Assembly: GCA_965205865.1 (NCBI GenBank)
Contig: CBDBHR010000025.1
Location: forward strand, 160,001 to 224,000
Source of the DNA: a bacterium
Lineage (GTDB): Bacteria > SAR324 > NAC60-12
Length of the DNA: 64,000 nt
Direction: 5' to 3'
A program made the position numbers and the translations under genes. Of this stretch, positions 10,175 through 20,857 are shown one piece after another. The notes below the pieces were generated by a model. It saw only the letters and a list, made by a program, of their open reading frames with translations, had not been told where the DNA came from and did not search any database. The stretch's first letter is position 1, and each line of letters opens with the position of its first letter.

Positions 10175-11617
10175 TTACCAGGCGTTGTAAGAAACAGAGG
10201 AATCGGAATGCAATTCGCCGTCCCGCGTTAAATGAGGAAGCAGCCATTGCGGAATGCCCAAAGCGCCGTTAAAATTTGTTTCTTGCAACAATGCGTTTTG
10301 GAGTTGGATGTCACGGATGCGGGATTGACGTAGCAAAGTCGAGGTCAGAGATGCACGGTTGAGATTGGCCTGTACGAGAAAAGCGCCGCTCAAGTCCGTC
10401 TGAAACAGACTGGCGCCGTGCAAATCGGCCTGGTAGAGAAAGGCACCCACGGCTTTGGCTCTGTCTAGATTGGTTTGGCAGGCAATCACGCTTTCCAGGT
10501 TGGCACCTTGCAAATTAGCCCCTCTTAGATTCGCACGGATCAACTTTGCATTTTTCAGATTGGCTTTTAGGAGCAGCACCCGCTGCAAATCCACTTGTTC
10601 CAAATTGCTTCCTTCCAAATTCGCCTTGCTCATATCGACGCCTTTGAAAGAAGATCCTCTCAAATTCAAACCCGACAAGTCAGCTTCCCTGAAATTGCAA
10701 TGGGAGTAGTCGCGCCGAGCACGGGGCGTATCACATTGTCCTTTGGGTAGTGGAGCTTTCTTTTTCATCTTCAGAGTTGCACCCCATTTCTGCGTGTCAC
10801 AAATAAAATTGGGAGTTGTCATTCTGGAAATTTGTTTTCCAGGAAGCGAAGATGTTTCTTTTTGGAGGTCAGCGGCAGAGATTTGATGCTTTAAAATAGC
10901 AGATGAGTTGGGAATTTGCTCCTGTTTATTGAGCTTCGTAAACCGACGCCTGGCATTCAAATCACCGTTTTCAATCGCCTTGCGATACCAAAAGATTGCC
11001 TTTTTTTCATTCTTCTCAACATTTATTCCCCGTTCATACATCAGCCCTACATAATACTGGGCGGGTGGATGGGATTGCAGGGCTGATTTTTCAAACCATT
11101 TGAAAGCTTCGGCGAAATTCTGAGCTACTCCTCGACCAAAATAATACATAAACCCCAGGTAATACTGGGAGGCCGCATGACCTTTTTCAGCAGCATTGAA
11201 AAACCACTCTACCGCATTCGCATAGTCCTGGGAGGTCCCTTTCCCATAATAATGCATGAACCCGGTATAATATTGAGCCTCTGTGTGGTCTTTCCTGGCA
11301 GCTTGTTCAAACCACTGGTGGGCAATATTGTAGTTTTGGGCAACACCACGCCCATGGTAATAAATCAAGCCCATCGCATATTGAGCAGAAACATTTCCCT
11401 GTTGGGCAGCATTTTGATAGCGCTGCAATATGATCTCATATTTTGGCGAATTTTCACTGTCCGGAGACTGGGAACTCAGGGAGGACCGGCTACTGGCTTC
11501 AGCATTTTGGGTTTGTCCCCAAACTTGGCAGCTTCCGATGCCAAGAAACACAAGAATCAAGCAAAGTTTCTTCAAAATATTGCAATCTCGGATCAGGATG
11601 AAGACCTCTCCCGTCAT
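10175..11617 (-). CDS. Exported SEL1-repeat plus pentapeptide-repeat protein (start may be TTG 11575)
   Basis: Signal-like N-terminus; four AQYxxGxxYxxGxG SEL1 repeats; long A(N/D)Lxx pentapeptide tract. Confidence 0.85.
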   Translation of the reverse strand: MTGEVFILIRDCNILKKLCLILVFLGIGSCQVWGQTQNAEASSRSSLSSQSPDSENSPKYEIILQRYQNAAQQGNVSAQYAMGLIYYHGRGVAQNYNIAHQWFEQAARKDHTEAQYYTGFMHYYGKGTSQDYANAVEWFFNAAEKGHAASQYYLGFMYYFGRGVAQNFAEAFKWFEKSALQSHPPAQYYVGLMYERGINVEKNEKKAIFWYRKAIENGDLNARRRFTKLNKQEQIPNSSAILKHQISAADLQKETSSLPGKQISRMTTPNFICDTQKWGATLKMKKKAPLPKGQCDTPRARRDYSHCNFREADLSGLNLRGSSFKGVDMSKANLEGSNLEQVDLQRVLLLKANLKNAKLIRANLRGANLQGANLESVIACQTNLDRAKAVGAFLYQADLHGASLFQTDLSGAFLVQANLNRASLTSTLLRQSRIRDIQLQNALLQETNFNGALGIPQWLLPHLTRDGELHSDSSVSYNAW

Positions 11618-11651
11618 AAACTGACCAGTTCTGATATAGCTGATGTCATAT

Positions 11652-13835
11652 TCACAGAGGTTCAGAAAAATCTGCTCCTCTTTTCACCGTTGTCGAAGGC
11701 AGCGCCAAGGGTAGTTCGATAACCATCTCGGTGAACTCGCCGGTTTCGGAGTGGACCTGGATGGAACCGCCATGTTCACGCACAATGTCATTGGACAGGG
11801 CAAGGCCTAGCCCTGTACCCTTGTCCGTCGGTTTGGTGGTAAAGAACGGGTTGAAGATTTTATCGATGATGTCGGAGGGAATCCCGCTCCCATTGTCTCG
11901 TATGCGGACTTCGACTTGGTTTTCTAAACGCCGGGTCACCAATGACAGCGTGGGGTCGTAGTTTTCGACGTCCGCCAATCCGGTTTGGGCAGCACGTCTT
12001 TTCTCGTCAGTGGCATGGCAGGCGTTACTCACCATATTTAGGAAGACGCGGCCCATTTCCTGTGGAACGACCTCGATCTTGCCCATTTCCGGGTCGAAAT
12101 CCATCTTCATAGTCATGTTGAAGTCCGGGTCGGTCGCTCGGGCGCTGTGGTAGGCGAGTTTTGTGTTTTGATCAAGCAGGCTGTTGATGTCAGTAGGCTG
12201 TGACTCACCCGATCCTCTTCCCATCATAAGCATGTTGCGCACAATCGAGTTGGCGCGGTCGCCGTGTTCACAAATGCGCTTAAAGTTCGCAGTGAGGTCT
12301 TGACAGATCTCGTTTATCAATTCCCGCTGGTCCTCACTCAATTGCTCTTTGTTTTCGGGGAGGGTCTCCAGCAGTTCTTCCAACAGTTCTCCCGAGACCT
12401 CGGAGAAATTTTTCACGAAGTTCAGTGGATTCCTGATCTCATGGGCTACTCCCGCGGTAAGTTCGCCGAGCGCTGCCAGTTTCTCACGCATGACGATTTG
12501 GTTCTGGGCCTGACGCAAATCCGCCAGCACCTTTTCAAGTTCGGAATTCTTGCCCTGTAGTTCTTCGGCCAGCTTCTCCACCAAGTTCAGGCGCTGGACC
12601 TCGAGGGCGTGTCGGCGGAAAACTTCAAGGGCCGCGGCCATGTCAGCGACCTCGTCGCGTCCACCGATATCTACACTGGTTTCCAAGTCGCCATCGGCCA
12701 TGCGGCGCATTCGATCCGACAGCCGTTCGAGGCGCCGTAACAACACTCGACCGACGAACAAATAGGCGATCAACGCCGCCCCGATGATGCTGATCACGTT
12801 CAGCGCAAGAAGTAAACTGCGTCCTGTGAGGATGGCTTGGTTAGATGCGAGGGTGGCATCCTGGGCGCGGGCGCGGGCGGAGTTCACCAGACCTTCGACT
12901 TCAGCTACCAAATCGATAGCGAGGCTGCGATTGCGGGCGAGTAAATTTTGCTGGCGTCCGGCTAGTTTGAGCTCTCGGACGCGCATATCGAATCCTCCCT
13001 GCTCCCCCAGACCCAACAGGAATAACTGGGGCAGGACCACGGCGATCTGGTTGTGCGAAGGAGCTGTTCCGAGTGCTGCCAGATTCCACTTGATCCTGCG
13101 TGCTGCCGCTTCGAAGCGCTCCCGCAGGGGTTCGATCAAAGGGGCGTCCAAAAGATTGAAGCCGCTGGTGAGAAGTTGGATCGCGATGGTGGCGTCCGCC
13201 TTCAATTCGACCAGGTGGCGATAGCGGTCGAACTCCTCCTCCGAGAAGTGTTGCTCTCGCGATGCGGAAGATTCTCCAAGGTTTCGGTATCCGGTCATTG
13301 CGTAGAAAAACTGATCGTCGATGGCCGGAACCAGGATGCCTATCAACTGGTTGCGCATCTCGGCCAATTCCAAGCGCAGAGCTTCGCTACTCTTTGTCAG
13401 CATAAAACGTTCGGCTACCGAATCCTCAATTGCCTCGATATTCGATATCAGCAGGTTAGCTTGGGAACGAATGCGTTTGAAGTGCTCCGTTTCTCCACCT
13501 TGTCGTACCAAGGCTGCCAACTGTGCTTCAAAGGCGCTCCGTTTTTCGGAGATTTCGGTCGCGACCCTGGTAAACTCCTCCGACGTCGCCGCGGTCGTCA
13601 GACGGGGGGCAGCAGCCACCAAGGCGCTGCTCTGCTGAGCGACTCCGAAAGCTGCCGCCATCTCAGGTACGCTGCCGTCATTCACACGGCGCTGGGCGTC
13701 GCCCACCCGGTTGAAGGAGAACCAGCCGATCAAACTCGCGCTCATGGTGAGAACGACGGCTCCACCGATGCCCAGGTAAAGCTGTGCCGCAATACGGAAG
13801 CGACCCTCTAGCAGATGTTTCAATAGACCGCTCAT
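11652..13835 (-). CDS. HAMP-domain sensor histidine kinase with large periplasmic domain
   Basis: Two TM helices, HAMP, H-box AGVAHEIRNPL, DNGSG, FFTTK, GTGLGL. Confidence 0.92.
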   Translation of the reverse strand: MSGLLKHLLEGRFRIAAQLYLGIGGAVVLTMSASLIGWFSFNRVGDAQRRVNDGSVPEMAAAFGVAQQSSALVAAAPRLTTAATSEEFTRVATEISEKRSAFEAQLAALVRQGGETEHFKRIRSQANLLISNIEAIEDSVAERFMLTKSSEALRLELAEMRNQLIGILVPAIDDQFFYAMTGYRNLGESSASREQHFSEEEFDRYRHLVELKADATIAIQLLTSGFNLLDAPLIEPLRERFEAAARRIKWNLAALGTAPSHNQIAVVLPQLFLLGLGEQGGFDMRVRELKLAGRQQNLLARNRSLAIDLVAEVEGLVNSARARAQDATLASNQAILTGRSLLLALNVISIIGAALIAYLFVGRVLLRRLERLSDRMRRMADGDLETSVDIGGRDEVADMAAALEVFRRHALEVQRLNLVEKLAEELQGKNSELEKVLADLRQAQNQIVMREKLAALGELTAGVAHEIRNPLNFVKNFSEVSGELLEELLETLPENKEQLSEDQRELINEICQDLTANFKRICEHGDRANSIVRNMLMMGRGSGESQPTDINSLLDQNTKLAYHSARATDPDFNMTMKMDFDPEMGKIEVVPQEMGRVFLNMVSNACHATDEKRRAAQTGLADVENYDPTLSLVTRRLENQVEVRIRDNGSGIPSDIIDKIFNPFFTTKPTDKGTGLGLALSNDIVREHGGSIQVHSETGEFTEMVIELPLALPSTTVKRGADFSEPL

Positions 13836-14995
13836 GGCTGTATTTCTTCCCGTAGCGTGTCAATCGAGCGATAACGGCCATCCATACCGATCACAGTGAG
13901 GAAAACCGCATCCGAACCCTGGTTGTCATTATCTCCATAATGGAGCTTAAAACCGTCAAGGTCGATGATTTCAGCACGCCGCAAACCGTTGAGCAAGCAA
14001 GTTCGATTAATTTCCGGACCACAGCGTTCGAGGGCAGCGATGGCCAATCGACCTGCCAAGTAACCTTCGAAAGAGACGAAACCGGGAACCAGCTTGGAAT
14101 CGTAGGCTCTCAGAGCCTGGCGATAGACCGCAGCGACCCGGAGCGTGTCGTCCCTCGGAAAAGGCACTACTTGGGTGACAAAGACCCCGGTTCCGGCGGG
14201 ACCGAGCATCTGGGCCAACGCGTTGCTACCCACGAAAGAGATGGTCATGAAGACAGGCTCCCAACCCGTGTGCCGCGCCCAGGCAATCAGCGTCGCCACC
14301 GGCTGGTAGGCCCCGATCAGGATCACCGCGCCCGGGTTGGCGCTGCGCAGATCAAGAAGAGCCGTCTTCACGGCAGTGGTATTTCGTGGGTACGCCCCAA
14401 TCGCCACCGGCTCCAAGCTGCGTCGCTCGAGTGCTTTCCGAACACCGAGATATCCAACCAGGCCGAAAGAATCATCCTGGTATACCACGGCGATGCGTTC
14501 GATTCCCAAATCCATTGTCAAGCGAGCGACCATGGTCTCGGTTTCCTGGTCGTATGACGCTCGCAGGTTGATCACGTTTTGTAATTTTGCCTGGCGCAGG
14601 AAGGCAGCTCCGGTAAAGGGAGCAATGTAGGGCACGTTCGCAGCCGCGGCCACAGGCGTGGCAGAACGCGAAGTAGGCGTGCCGACGGCGCCTATCAGCG
14701 CGAAAACTCCTTCCTTCTCGATTAGCCGGCGGGTATTGGCGATAGCGGCTTCCGGTTCATAGGCATCGTCAAGAGACAACAGTTTCAGCAGCCGACCGTG
14801 GACACCGCCCCGCTTATTCGCTTCCTGAAAAGCTGCCTGAATACCATACCGCATGTTCTTGCCCAGTTCTCCGGCAGGTCCACTGAAGGCAGCGGATTGG
14901 CCGAAGAGGATGTGTTTATCAAAGATTCCAGCTTCTTCCGCACGAGTTCCCGTCACCATGCTGAGCGCTATAAAAAGCACAGCTGCGCATCTCAT
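13832..14995 (-). CDS. Periplasmic solute-binding protein (branched-chain amino acid/LivJ-like fold)
   Basis: Signal peptide; GQSAAFSGPA, DDAYEP, GAVGTPT; ATGA overlaps with both neighbours. Confidence 0.88.
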   Translation of the reverse strand: MRCAAVLFIALSMVTGTRAEEAGIFDKHILFGQSAAFSGPAGELGKNMRYGIQAAFQEANKRGGVHGRLLKLLSLDDAYEPEAAIANTRRLIEKEGVFALIGAVGTPTSRSATPVAAAANVPYIAPFTGAAFLRQAKLQNVINLRASYDQETETMVARLTMDLGIERIAVVYQDDSFGLVGYLGVRKALERRSLEPVAIGAYPRNTTAVKTALLDLRSANPGAVILIGAYQPVATLIAWARHTGWEPVFMTISFVGSNALAQMLGPAGTGVFVTQVVPFPRDDTLRVAAVYRQALRAYDSKLVPGFVSFEGYLAGRLAIAALERCGPEINRTCLLNGLRRAEIIDLDGFKLHYGDNDNQGSDAVFLTVIGMDGRYRSIDTLREEIQP

Positions 14996-15414
14996 GCATT
15001 TCTCCGTTTAATCAGGGTCAGGTGGTTTCTGTCCTGCTCACGCCGATAGTACAGTTCGTCCATTATGGAACGCACCAGATGGATGCCGAGACCTCCTATC
15101 GGGCGATCTTCAATCACCGCTTCCAGGTCGGGCCCGGGGGCGTCGCTCAGTGGATTGAAAGCTCGGCCATCGTCTGTAATCTCAACGGTAAGGGCGTTTG
15201 AATCCCAGGCCAATGTGACCTTGATCTCATGGGTCCGATTGCTTTCGCATCCATAGTTCACGATGTTCGCTCCCAATTCCTCGAGGACGAGGATGACCTG
15301 GTACGCCAGATCGGGCGACCAATTCGCAGTCTGCGCGAATTCTTCCACGCTGTCACGAATTCGCACCAGTCCTTCGAGATTCGCTTCAACACACAGGGTC
15401 TGTTCCACGCTCAT
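14992..15414 (-). CDS. RsbW-like anti-sigma factor / Ser kinase (HATPase_c_2)
   Basis: LEELGANIVNYG, DDGRAFNP, RPIGGLGIHLV. Confidence 0.9.
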   Translation of the reverse strand: MSVEQTLCVEANLEGLVRIRDSVEEFAQTANWSPDLAYQVILVLEELGANIVNYGCESNRTHEIKVTLAWDSNALTVEITDDGRAFNPLSDAPGPDLEAVIEDRPIGGLGIHLVRSIMDELYYRREQDRNHLTLIKRRNA

Positions 15415-15426
15415 GTTTCGGTCTCT

Positions 15427-15463
15427 ACACCCCCTTTGCCAAAAAGGGGACTCAGGGGGATTT
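15427..15463 (-). repeat. REP-like GC hairpin overlapping the 3' end of the phosphatase gene
   Basis: Minus strand AAATCCCCCTGAGTCCCCTTTTTGGCAAAGGGGGTGT; supplies the last codons (KSP*). Confidence 0.45.
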
Positions 15464-16612
15464 TAAGAGGGTCAGACAGGTGATGTCGTCGGACTGGGGT
15501 ATTTCACCCGTGAAGGCATGTACGGCTTCGAAGACAGCTTGGTTCGCTTTTTTTGCGTCGTTCGACCGCGCTCCCGCAAAAATCCTGCGCAGGCGTTTCA
15601 TCCCAAATTCCTCTTCTTGTTCGTTCATGGCTTCAGTGACGCCATCGGTGTAGAGCACGAGGATTTCGCCGGGCGACAAGGAGATCACGTTTTGTTCGTA
15701 GCGGATGTCCGGCATCACTCCCAAGGCGATTCCGCCGGTCTGGGGGAGCACGGTCGAACTTCCGTCCACATGGATGATTAGCGGGGAATTATGCCCCCCG
15801 TTGGCGTACGCGAGTTGGCCGTTTGCCGGGTCAAACACGGCATAAAACATAGTGACGAACATCGTCACGTTGTTGTCTTCCTCCAGCAGCCGATTGACCT
15901 CGCCCAGGACTTCACCAGGTTCCAGGCTGCCAATGGCCGCACCTTTCAATAGGGTGCGACTGGACATCATGAACAAAGCAGCCGGGACCCCCTTATCGGA
16001 GACGTCGGCAATCGCCAAGCCAATGCGGCCGTGATCCAAGACCACCACATCGAAGAAGTCTCCACCCACTTCGCGCGCAGGTTCCATATTTCCGAACACC
16101 TGATAGCCAGGTTTCTCGGGGAAACTGGTTGGCAGGATCGACTGCTGCATCTGGCTTGCGACGTGAAGTTCGTTCTGCAACACTACCAGCTTGTCTCGTG
16201 AGGCCAATGCCTCGCGCCACAAGGTCAGTTGGCGCAGGGTCCGGTTGATGGTGACCCGCAGATCCTGGAAGTCGATGGGTTTGGTGATGAAATCGAATGC
16301 TCCCCGGTTCATGGCCGTTCGGATGTTTTTCATGTCTCCATACGCCGAGACGATCACGGAACGGACGTCGGGGTCGACTTTTGGAATCTGCTCGAGAAGA
16401 GTGAGGCCATCCATTTGTGGCATATTGATATCCGTGAGCACCATGTCGATATCTTGGTCTTGGTTCAGCAGTTCGAGAGCCTCGACGCCGTTGTGAGCAA
16501 AGGCGAAAGAGTAGAGACCGTCGCGCACGTCCCGGCGCATGCGTTGCCGCACGAGATGTTCGAGGTCGGGTTCATCGTCTACAACGAGGATCTTGTATTG
16601 TGCTTGAATCAT
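15452..16612 (-). CDS. Response regulator receiver fused to SpoIIE/PP2C phosphatase (RsbU/RsbY-like)
   Basis: ILVVDDE, LTDINMPQMDG; VGGDFFD, ADVSDKG, YTDGVTEA, DDIT. Confidence 0.93.
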   Translation of the reverse strand: MIQAQYKILVVDDEPDLEHLVRQRMRRDVRDGLYSFAFAHNGVEALELLNQDQDIDMVLTDINMPQMDGLTLLEQIPKVDPDVRSVIVSAYGDMKNIRTAMNRGAFDFITKPIDFQDLRVTINRTLRQLTLWREALASRDKLVVLQNELHVASQMQQSILPTSFPEKPGYQVFGNMEPAREVGGDFFDVVVLDHGRIGLAIADVSDKGVPAALFMMSSRTLLKGAAIGSLEPGEVLGEVNRLLEEDNNVTMFVTMFYAVFDPANGQLAYANGGHNSPLIIHVDGSSTVLPQTGGIALGVMPDIRYEQNVISLSPGEILVLYTDGVTEAMNEQEEEFGMKRLRRIFAGARSNDAKKANQAVFEAVHAFTGEIPQSDDITCLTLLKSP

Positions 16613-16782
16613 TTAACGTTATGGATAGTGATTGGCTGTACTGGTACATGACAATATACGTATATGCGTATCGTTCCCACGTTCCTTGTCCCAAAGGCCA
16701 CAGAAAGTAAGCATTCCGACTGGAATCGTGGAAGCGATAATTTTCCTGCTTATCGTCGTGTAGTACAACTCTGAAATAAAAT

Positions 16783-17121
16783 CTAGCCACCGAGTGCGGC
16801 GAGCGCTTCCGGCCGGGTTTCGTGGACCGGAATGATCCTGTCAAAACCACTGATCTTGAAGACCTCCCTTATGGGATCGGAGAGCGAGCAGAGTACAAAT
16901 TCCGCATCACGTTTCCTGAGAGTCTTAGCGATCAGCAAAATGACCCGAAGTCCTGCGCTACTAATGTAGGAGAGGTCTTCAAGGTCCAAGATCAAGCTGC
17001 GGTCGTCGTCTCTGATTGCAGCACTCAGGGCATTCTCGAACTCGCGAGCATTGCCACCATCGATCCGGCCTTCCACCTTTGTAATCAAGGTTCCATTTTT
17101 TCGTTCTACGTTAATCCGCAT
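16783..17121 (-). CDS. STAS-domain anti-anti-sigma factor (RsbV-like)
   Basis: GRID and phospho-Ser motif LSYISSAGLRVIL. Confidence 0.93.
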   Translation of the reverse strand: MRINVERKNGTLITKVEGRIDGGNAREFENALSAAIRDDDRSLILDLEDLSYISSAGLRVILLIAKTLRKRDAEFVLCSLSDPIREVFKISGFDRIIPVHETRPEALAALGG

Positions 17122-17799
17122 TGGTCTTTTATCCTGATATGTGTGAGTTATTTCGAATGGATTGGGGTGTATCTGCCTGGCAGGAAGCGCACCGAGAGAA
17201 AGACCAGGATTTCGATCTTCACCATATGTTCATTTCACAATTGTCAGAAGCGCTATTAGCAATATCTCTGAACCAGATCTTGTAAAATTGAAAAATAAAG
17301 GCTGCATGCTTCCATCTCTTTATTATGCAACAAAGCTAAGATAAACTACGGAACCTGTCCTTGCAACATATTTCTTGTCCTGCTTTGATCGATCTGAAAA
17401 GTCTGGTTTTTCTCTTCGGAAAATTCGCTTTCGTCAGGTATATCACCTTACCGCCGATGGAGTGAAAGGAGTTATATTAAAATTCGGGGGATGGCCATTC
17501 AGGCGGCGATCCTGTTTTTAGCAATTTCATCGACAAATGGTACTCCCTATCAACGCGACAAAATTCTTCCAGTCTTCGACGCCACTGATGAAAATAAGAA
17601 GCGCACGGAAACCTGACTGGAGCAGAACAATCATCACGGAAATGAACCGCCGACCAACCGAGGACGGAATACAACATTCAGATGGAAACCGACAATCCGC
17701 AATTGTCCCGTGCTGAAATTCGTGACGAATCGATCGATTTGGGCGCCAGAATCATCAACACGATTCCCATCCAAACCTTCATTCTCAATCCGGATGTGA

Positions 17800-18669
17800 T
17801 CAGAGCGTGATCTTCGCCTCCCTGGAAGACGAAAATATTTTTTTAGCCCAACGGCGCTGGCAGAGGACGACCGTGTAAGTCAGCACCGACAGCATCACAA
17901 TGGGAGGGGTGCCGGGCCAATCCAGATGATAAGCCAGCATCAACCCGATGATGCCCTGCAAGGCTCCCAGCAAACCACCGAAGAGGAACATCTGCCATAA
18001 ATACCGTGCCACGAGCTGGACCGTCGCCACCGGTACGATCAGGATGGCCAGGGTCAGGATCAGTCCGACGGCCTGGAAACAGAGGAGCGTAGCCACGCTG
18101 ATCATCAACTCGAGCGCCAGACGGGTCGGCATCACCGGCCAACCCCGCCGGGCGGCATAAGCAGGGTCGAAAAGGAAAATCTTGATAGGCGCGTAAAAAA
18201 ACAGCAACAACAGGAAGGTCACTACCACCACTCCCCCTGCAAAGAGATTGTCCGTCCAGGAAACAGCCAACAGATCCCCCAGAATGAAATGGTCCAATGA
18301 AATGTCGAGTTCACTGCGATAGAGACGCAGCAGGATCAACCCCAGGGCAAAATTGAATCCGATGACGATCACGCTGCCAGTGGTGTGGTCGGTGCGCCGG
18401 TGCCAGGCGAAGGCCAGGATGAGCAGACGCGTTAAGATGATCGCCAGCAGACCTCCCAGTAAAAGGCTCCACGAGGAGCGACCAATCCAAACGTAAGCCA
18501 GGATCAGACCTGGAAGGAGACCATGGGCCAGGCTTTCCACCTGCAGGGCTGAACGTTGGGTGACGACGATGGAACCGGCCATACCCCCCAGCAACCCCAG
18601 CAGGACGATCATCACCAAAGCGGTCTTCATGAAATCGTAAGTCCAGGGAGATGTGAGCCAGTCCATCAT
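17800..18669 (-). CDS. Zn/Mn ABC transporter permease
   Basis: SLAHGLLPG, FDPAYA, QAVGLIL; ATG 18669 overlaps the ATPase stop codon. Confidence 0.88.
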   Translation of the reverse strand: MMDWLTSPWTYDFMKTALVMIVLLGLLGGMAGSIVVTQRSALQVESLAHGLLPGLILAYVWIGRSSWSLLLGGLLAIILTRLLILAFAWHRRTDHTTGSVIVIGFNFALGLILLRLYRSELDISLDHFILGDLLAVSWTDNLFAGGVVVVTFLLLLFFYAPIKIFLFDPAYAARRGWPVMPTRLALELMISVATLLCFQAVGLILTLAILIVPVATVQLVARYLWQMFLFGGLLGALQGIIGLMLAYHLDWPGTPPIVMLSVLTYTVVLCQRRWAKKIFSSSREAKITL

Positions 18670-19391
18670 GCCGGTAACGCCTTTTCGGAGGAGAGTGGGT
18701 TCTTGTTCTGCGAAATGAGTAGATGCTCGAAACGATCGTATCTGAAAACCAGGACTTCGTCGAAAATATCGGGCACGCTTTCCCAATCATGATGGACCAC
18801 CAAAAGGGTTTTTCCGTCCCGCACCAGGTCTTTCAAGATGTCGACGGTCAGGGCTTCTCCCTTTTCATCGACTCCCGCCAGGGGCTCATCCAGAAAAAGC
18901 AGTTGGCTGTCTTGCAGGAGCAATCGGGTCAGGTAGACCCGGCGTTGTTCGCCTCCTGACAGGCTGGCAATTTGCGAGTGTTGCAGGTGCGTTATACCCA
19001 TCCGGTTCATGAATGTCCGGCCCCGTTCCGGGTCAACCCGTCTCTGCCAGGGCCATTTGAATTGGAAAAACAGGGAACTGCCCGCGGCAATGAATTCCTG
19101 TACAGTGATGGGAAAATCGGAAGGAATATCCAGGTGCTGCGGAAGATATCCCACCTGGTGTTTGACCTGGTCAAATGATTTGCCGAAATAGGAAATCTCT
19201 CCGTAGTAGGGAATTTCTCCCACCAGCGCCCTGAACAACGAACTCTTGCCGCATCCGTTTGGACCCAACACCCCGATCAGTCGACCATGAGGGATTTCAC
19301 AATGGCAATGCAGGGTCGCCCGTTGAGGGCCAATGTCGAAATGGACACCGGAAACGCATAAGGAACAATCCGTGGTTTTTATTTCAGTCAT
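18666..19391 (-). CDS. Zn/Mn ABC transporter ATP-binding protein
   Basis: GPNGCGKS, LSGGEQRR, LDEPLAGVD, VVHHD. Confidence 0.92.
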   Translation of the reverse strand: MTEIKTTDCSLCVSGVHFDIGPQRATLHCHCEIPHGRLIGVLGPNGCGKSSLFRALVGEIPYYGEISYFGKSFDQVKHQVGYLPQHLDIPSDFPITVQEFIAAGSSLFFQFKWPWQRRVDPERGRTFMNRMGITHLQHSQIASLSGGEQRRVYLTRLLLQDSQLLFLDEPLAGVDEKGEALTVDILKDLVRDGKTLLVVHHDWESVPDIFDEVLVFRYDRFEHLLISQNKNPLSSEKALPA

Positions 19392-20427
19392 ATAATTTGT
19401 ACGCCTTCCTGAATGCCTGAGAGAGAACTCGAATGTTTTCCTTCATAAAACCTACATACGTCCCCGCCGGCGTGCCGGGCGAGGTCAGGTTTCCGGGGTT
19501 CAACGATTCCTGGATGGTAATTTCGGCTTCTCGCGCAATTTGAGCCAGCAATGGGCTGACATGCTCTTCCGGGAAAATAACCCGTACCTCTTCTTTTTTA
19601 ATCTCGGCAATGATCTTCTCTAACATCCGGGGACCCAGTTGATCCTCACCGCCAATCCCATGAGGAGCCAGAGTCCGGAAATGATAGGCCCTGCCAAAAT
19701 ATTCGAAAGCCAGGTGGCTGGTGACCAAAAGTCGCCGGGACTGTGGAATGAACGCCAATTGTTCATGAATCCAGGCGTCCAAACGTTGGAGGATCTCTGT
19801 ATATTCCAAGGCGTTTCCCCGGTAATATGCCACATGTTGCGGATCCCGTCTTGCCAGTTCTTGCGCAATGAGATCAGTCACCTGAATCATCATCGACACA
19901 TCGTGCCAGACATGGAGGTCCATGTCACCATTCGTGGCATCAGTTTGTTGATCTTCCTCCTCTTCATGCTCTTCGATTGTTTCCATCTCATTGGAGTGAT
20001 CTTCCTCCCCTTCATGGTCTTCCTTTATCCCGGGTAACAATTGCTGTAAATGCTTGCCCAATTGCAATTGCTTGTCATCAGCAATCCGCTTCAAATAGGG
20101 ATGCAACCAGGTTTCCAGAGGCAATCCAAACCAGACGAGCAGGTCCGCTTCGCTCATACGAATCTGGTCCCTCATCGTGAGCTCGATGTCATGCAGATCA
20201 ATGCCGCGTGAAGCCAGAGCATGCGCCTCGACCTGTATTTTTCCCACGTTCCTGACGACGTCTTCCAGAATGCTCCAGGACGCAATTACCTTCAAAGGAG
20301 CGGCTTCCGCCCAACCGACGAACGCCAAAAAGATGACTAAAATTGTTGCGCTCCGTTTCCATTTTCTTAAAATCATGGCTGTCTTCCATAGGCCAAAAAT
20401 CAGATAAACATGTTTTTTTAGATTCAA
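19384..20427 (-). CDS. Zn/Mn ABC transporter substrate-binding protein (TroA/ZnuA family)
   Basis: DLHD, acidic/His-rich loop, DLHVW, TSHLAFEYF; true start may be a downstream ATG. Confidence 0.88.
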   Translation of the reverse strand: MNLKKHVYLIFGLWKTAMILRKWKRSATILVIFLAFVGWAEAAPLKVIASWSILEDVVRNVGKIQVEAHALASRGIDLHDIELTMRDQIRMSEADLLVWFGLPLETWLHPYLKRIADDKQLQLGKHLQQLLPGIKEDHEGEEDHSNEMETIEEHEEEEDQQTDATNGDMDLHVWHDVSMMIQVTDLIAQELARRDPQHVAYYRGNALEYTEILQRLDAWIHEQLAFIPQSRRLLVTSHLAFEYFGRAYHFRTLAPHGIGGEDQLGPRMLEKIIAEIKKEEVRVIFPEEHVSPLLAQIAREAEITIQESLNPGNLTSPGTPAGTYVGFMKENIRVLSQAFRKAYKLYD

Positions 20428-20857
20428 TTATTTTGCAAGTAATTTATCGTGATTACAAATTTTTACAAGAAAATTATAATAATCAAATCCAAGGCAAAGT
20501 GAGACCTTCAGAAAACGGGAAAAATGGAGCAAAATTCATCTCGAGATACTTACGCTCGTTACCAGAGATTACCCTGATAAAAGGTCTTTACATTCAGATT
20601 TTAAGATATTAAAAGGTTCACTCATAGAGTATCTTCAATTGAACCGCGATAGTGACCCATGCGCAGCGAGTAGGGAAGGGTCCCATTCTGCAAAAGCGAT
20701 TACTATTTTACCCACCGATACCCGTCAAGGGCCAGCAAATGGCTTGTCGAAGTGAGCTATTGATGGTTCAACAGGATTCGCAAAATATTGGTACGAAAAT
20801 ACGCCACCTCGCTGCGATCGGCAGTTTTTTAAAAATCAAGGAAATCAGAAAACCACC

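Noticed and set aside
20439-20456. Zur/Fur box upstream of the metal ABC operon (GTAAT-N8-ATTAC)
   Set aside because: Short palindrome in AT-rich DNA with spacing unlike the boxes I know; insufficient support.
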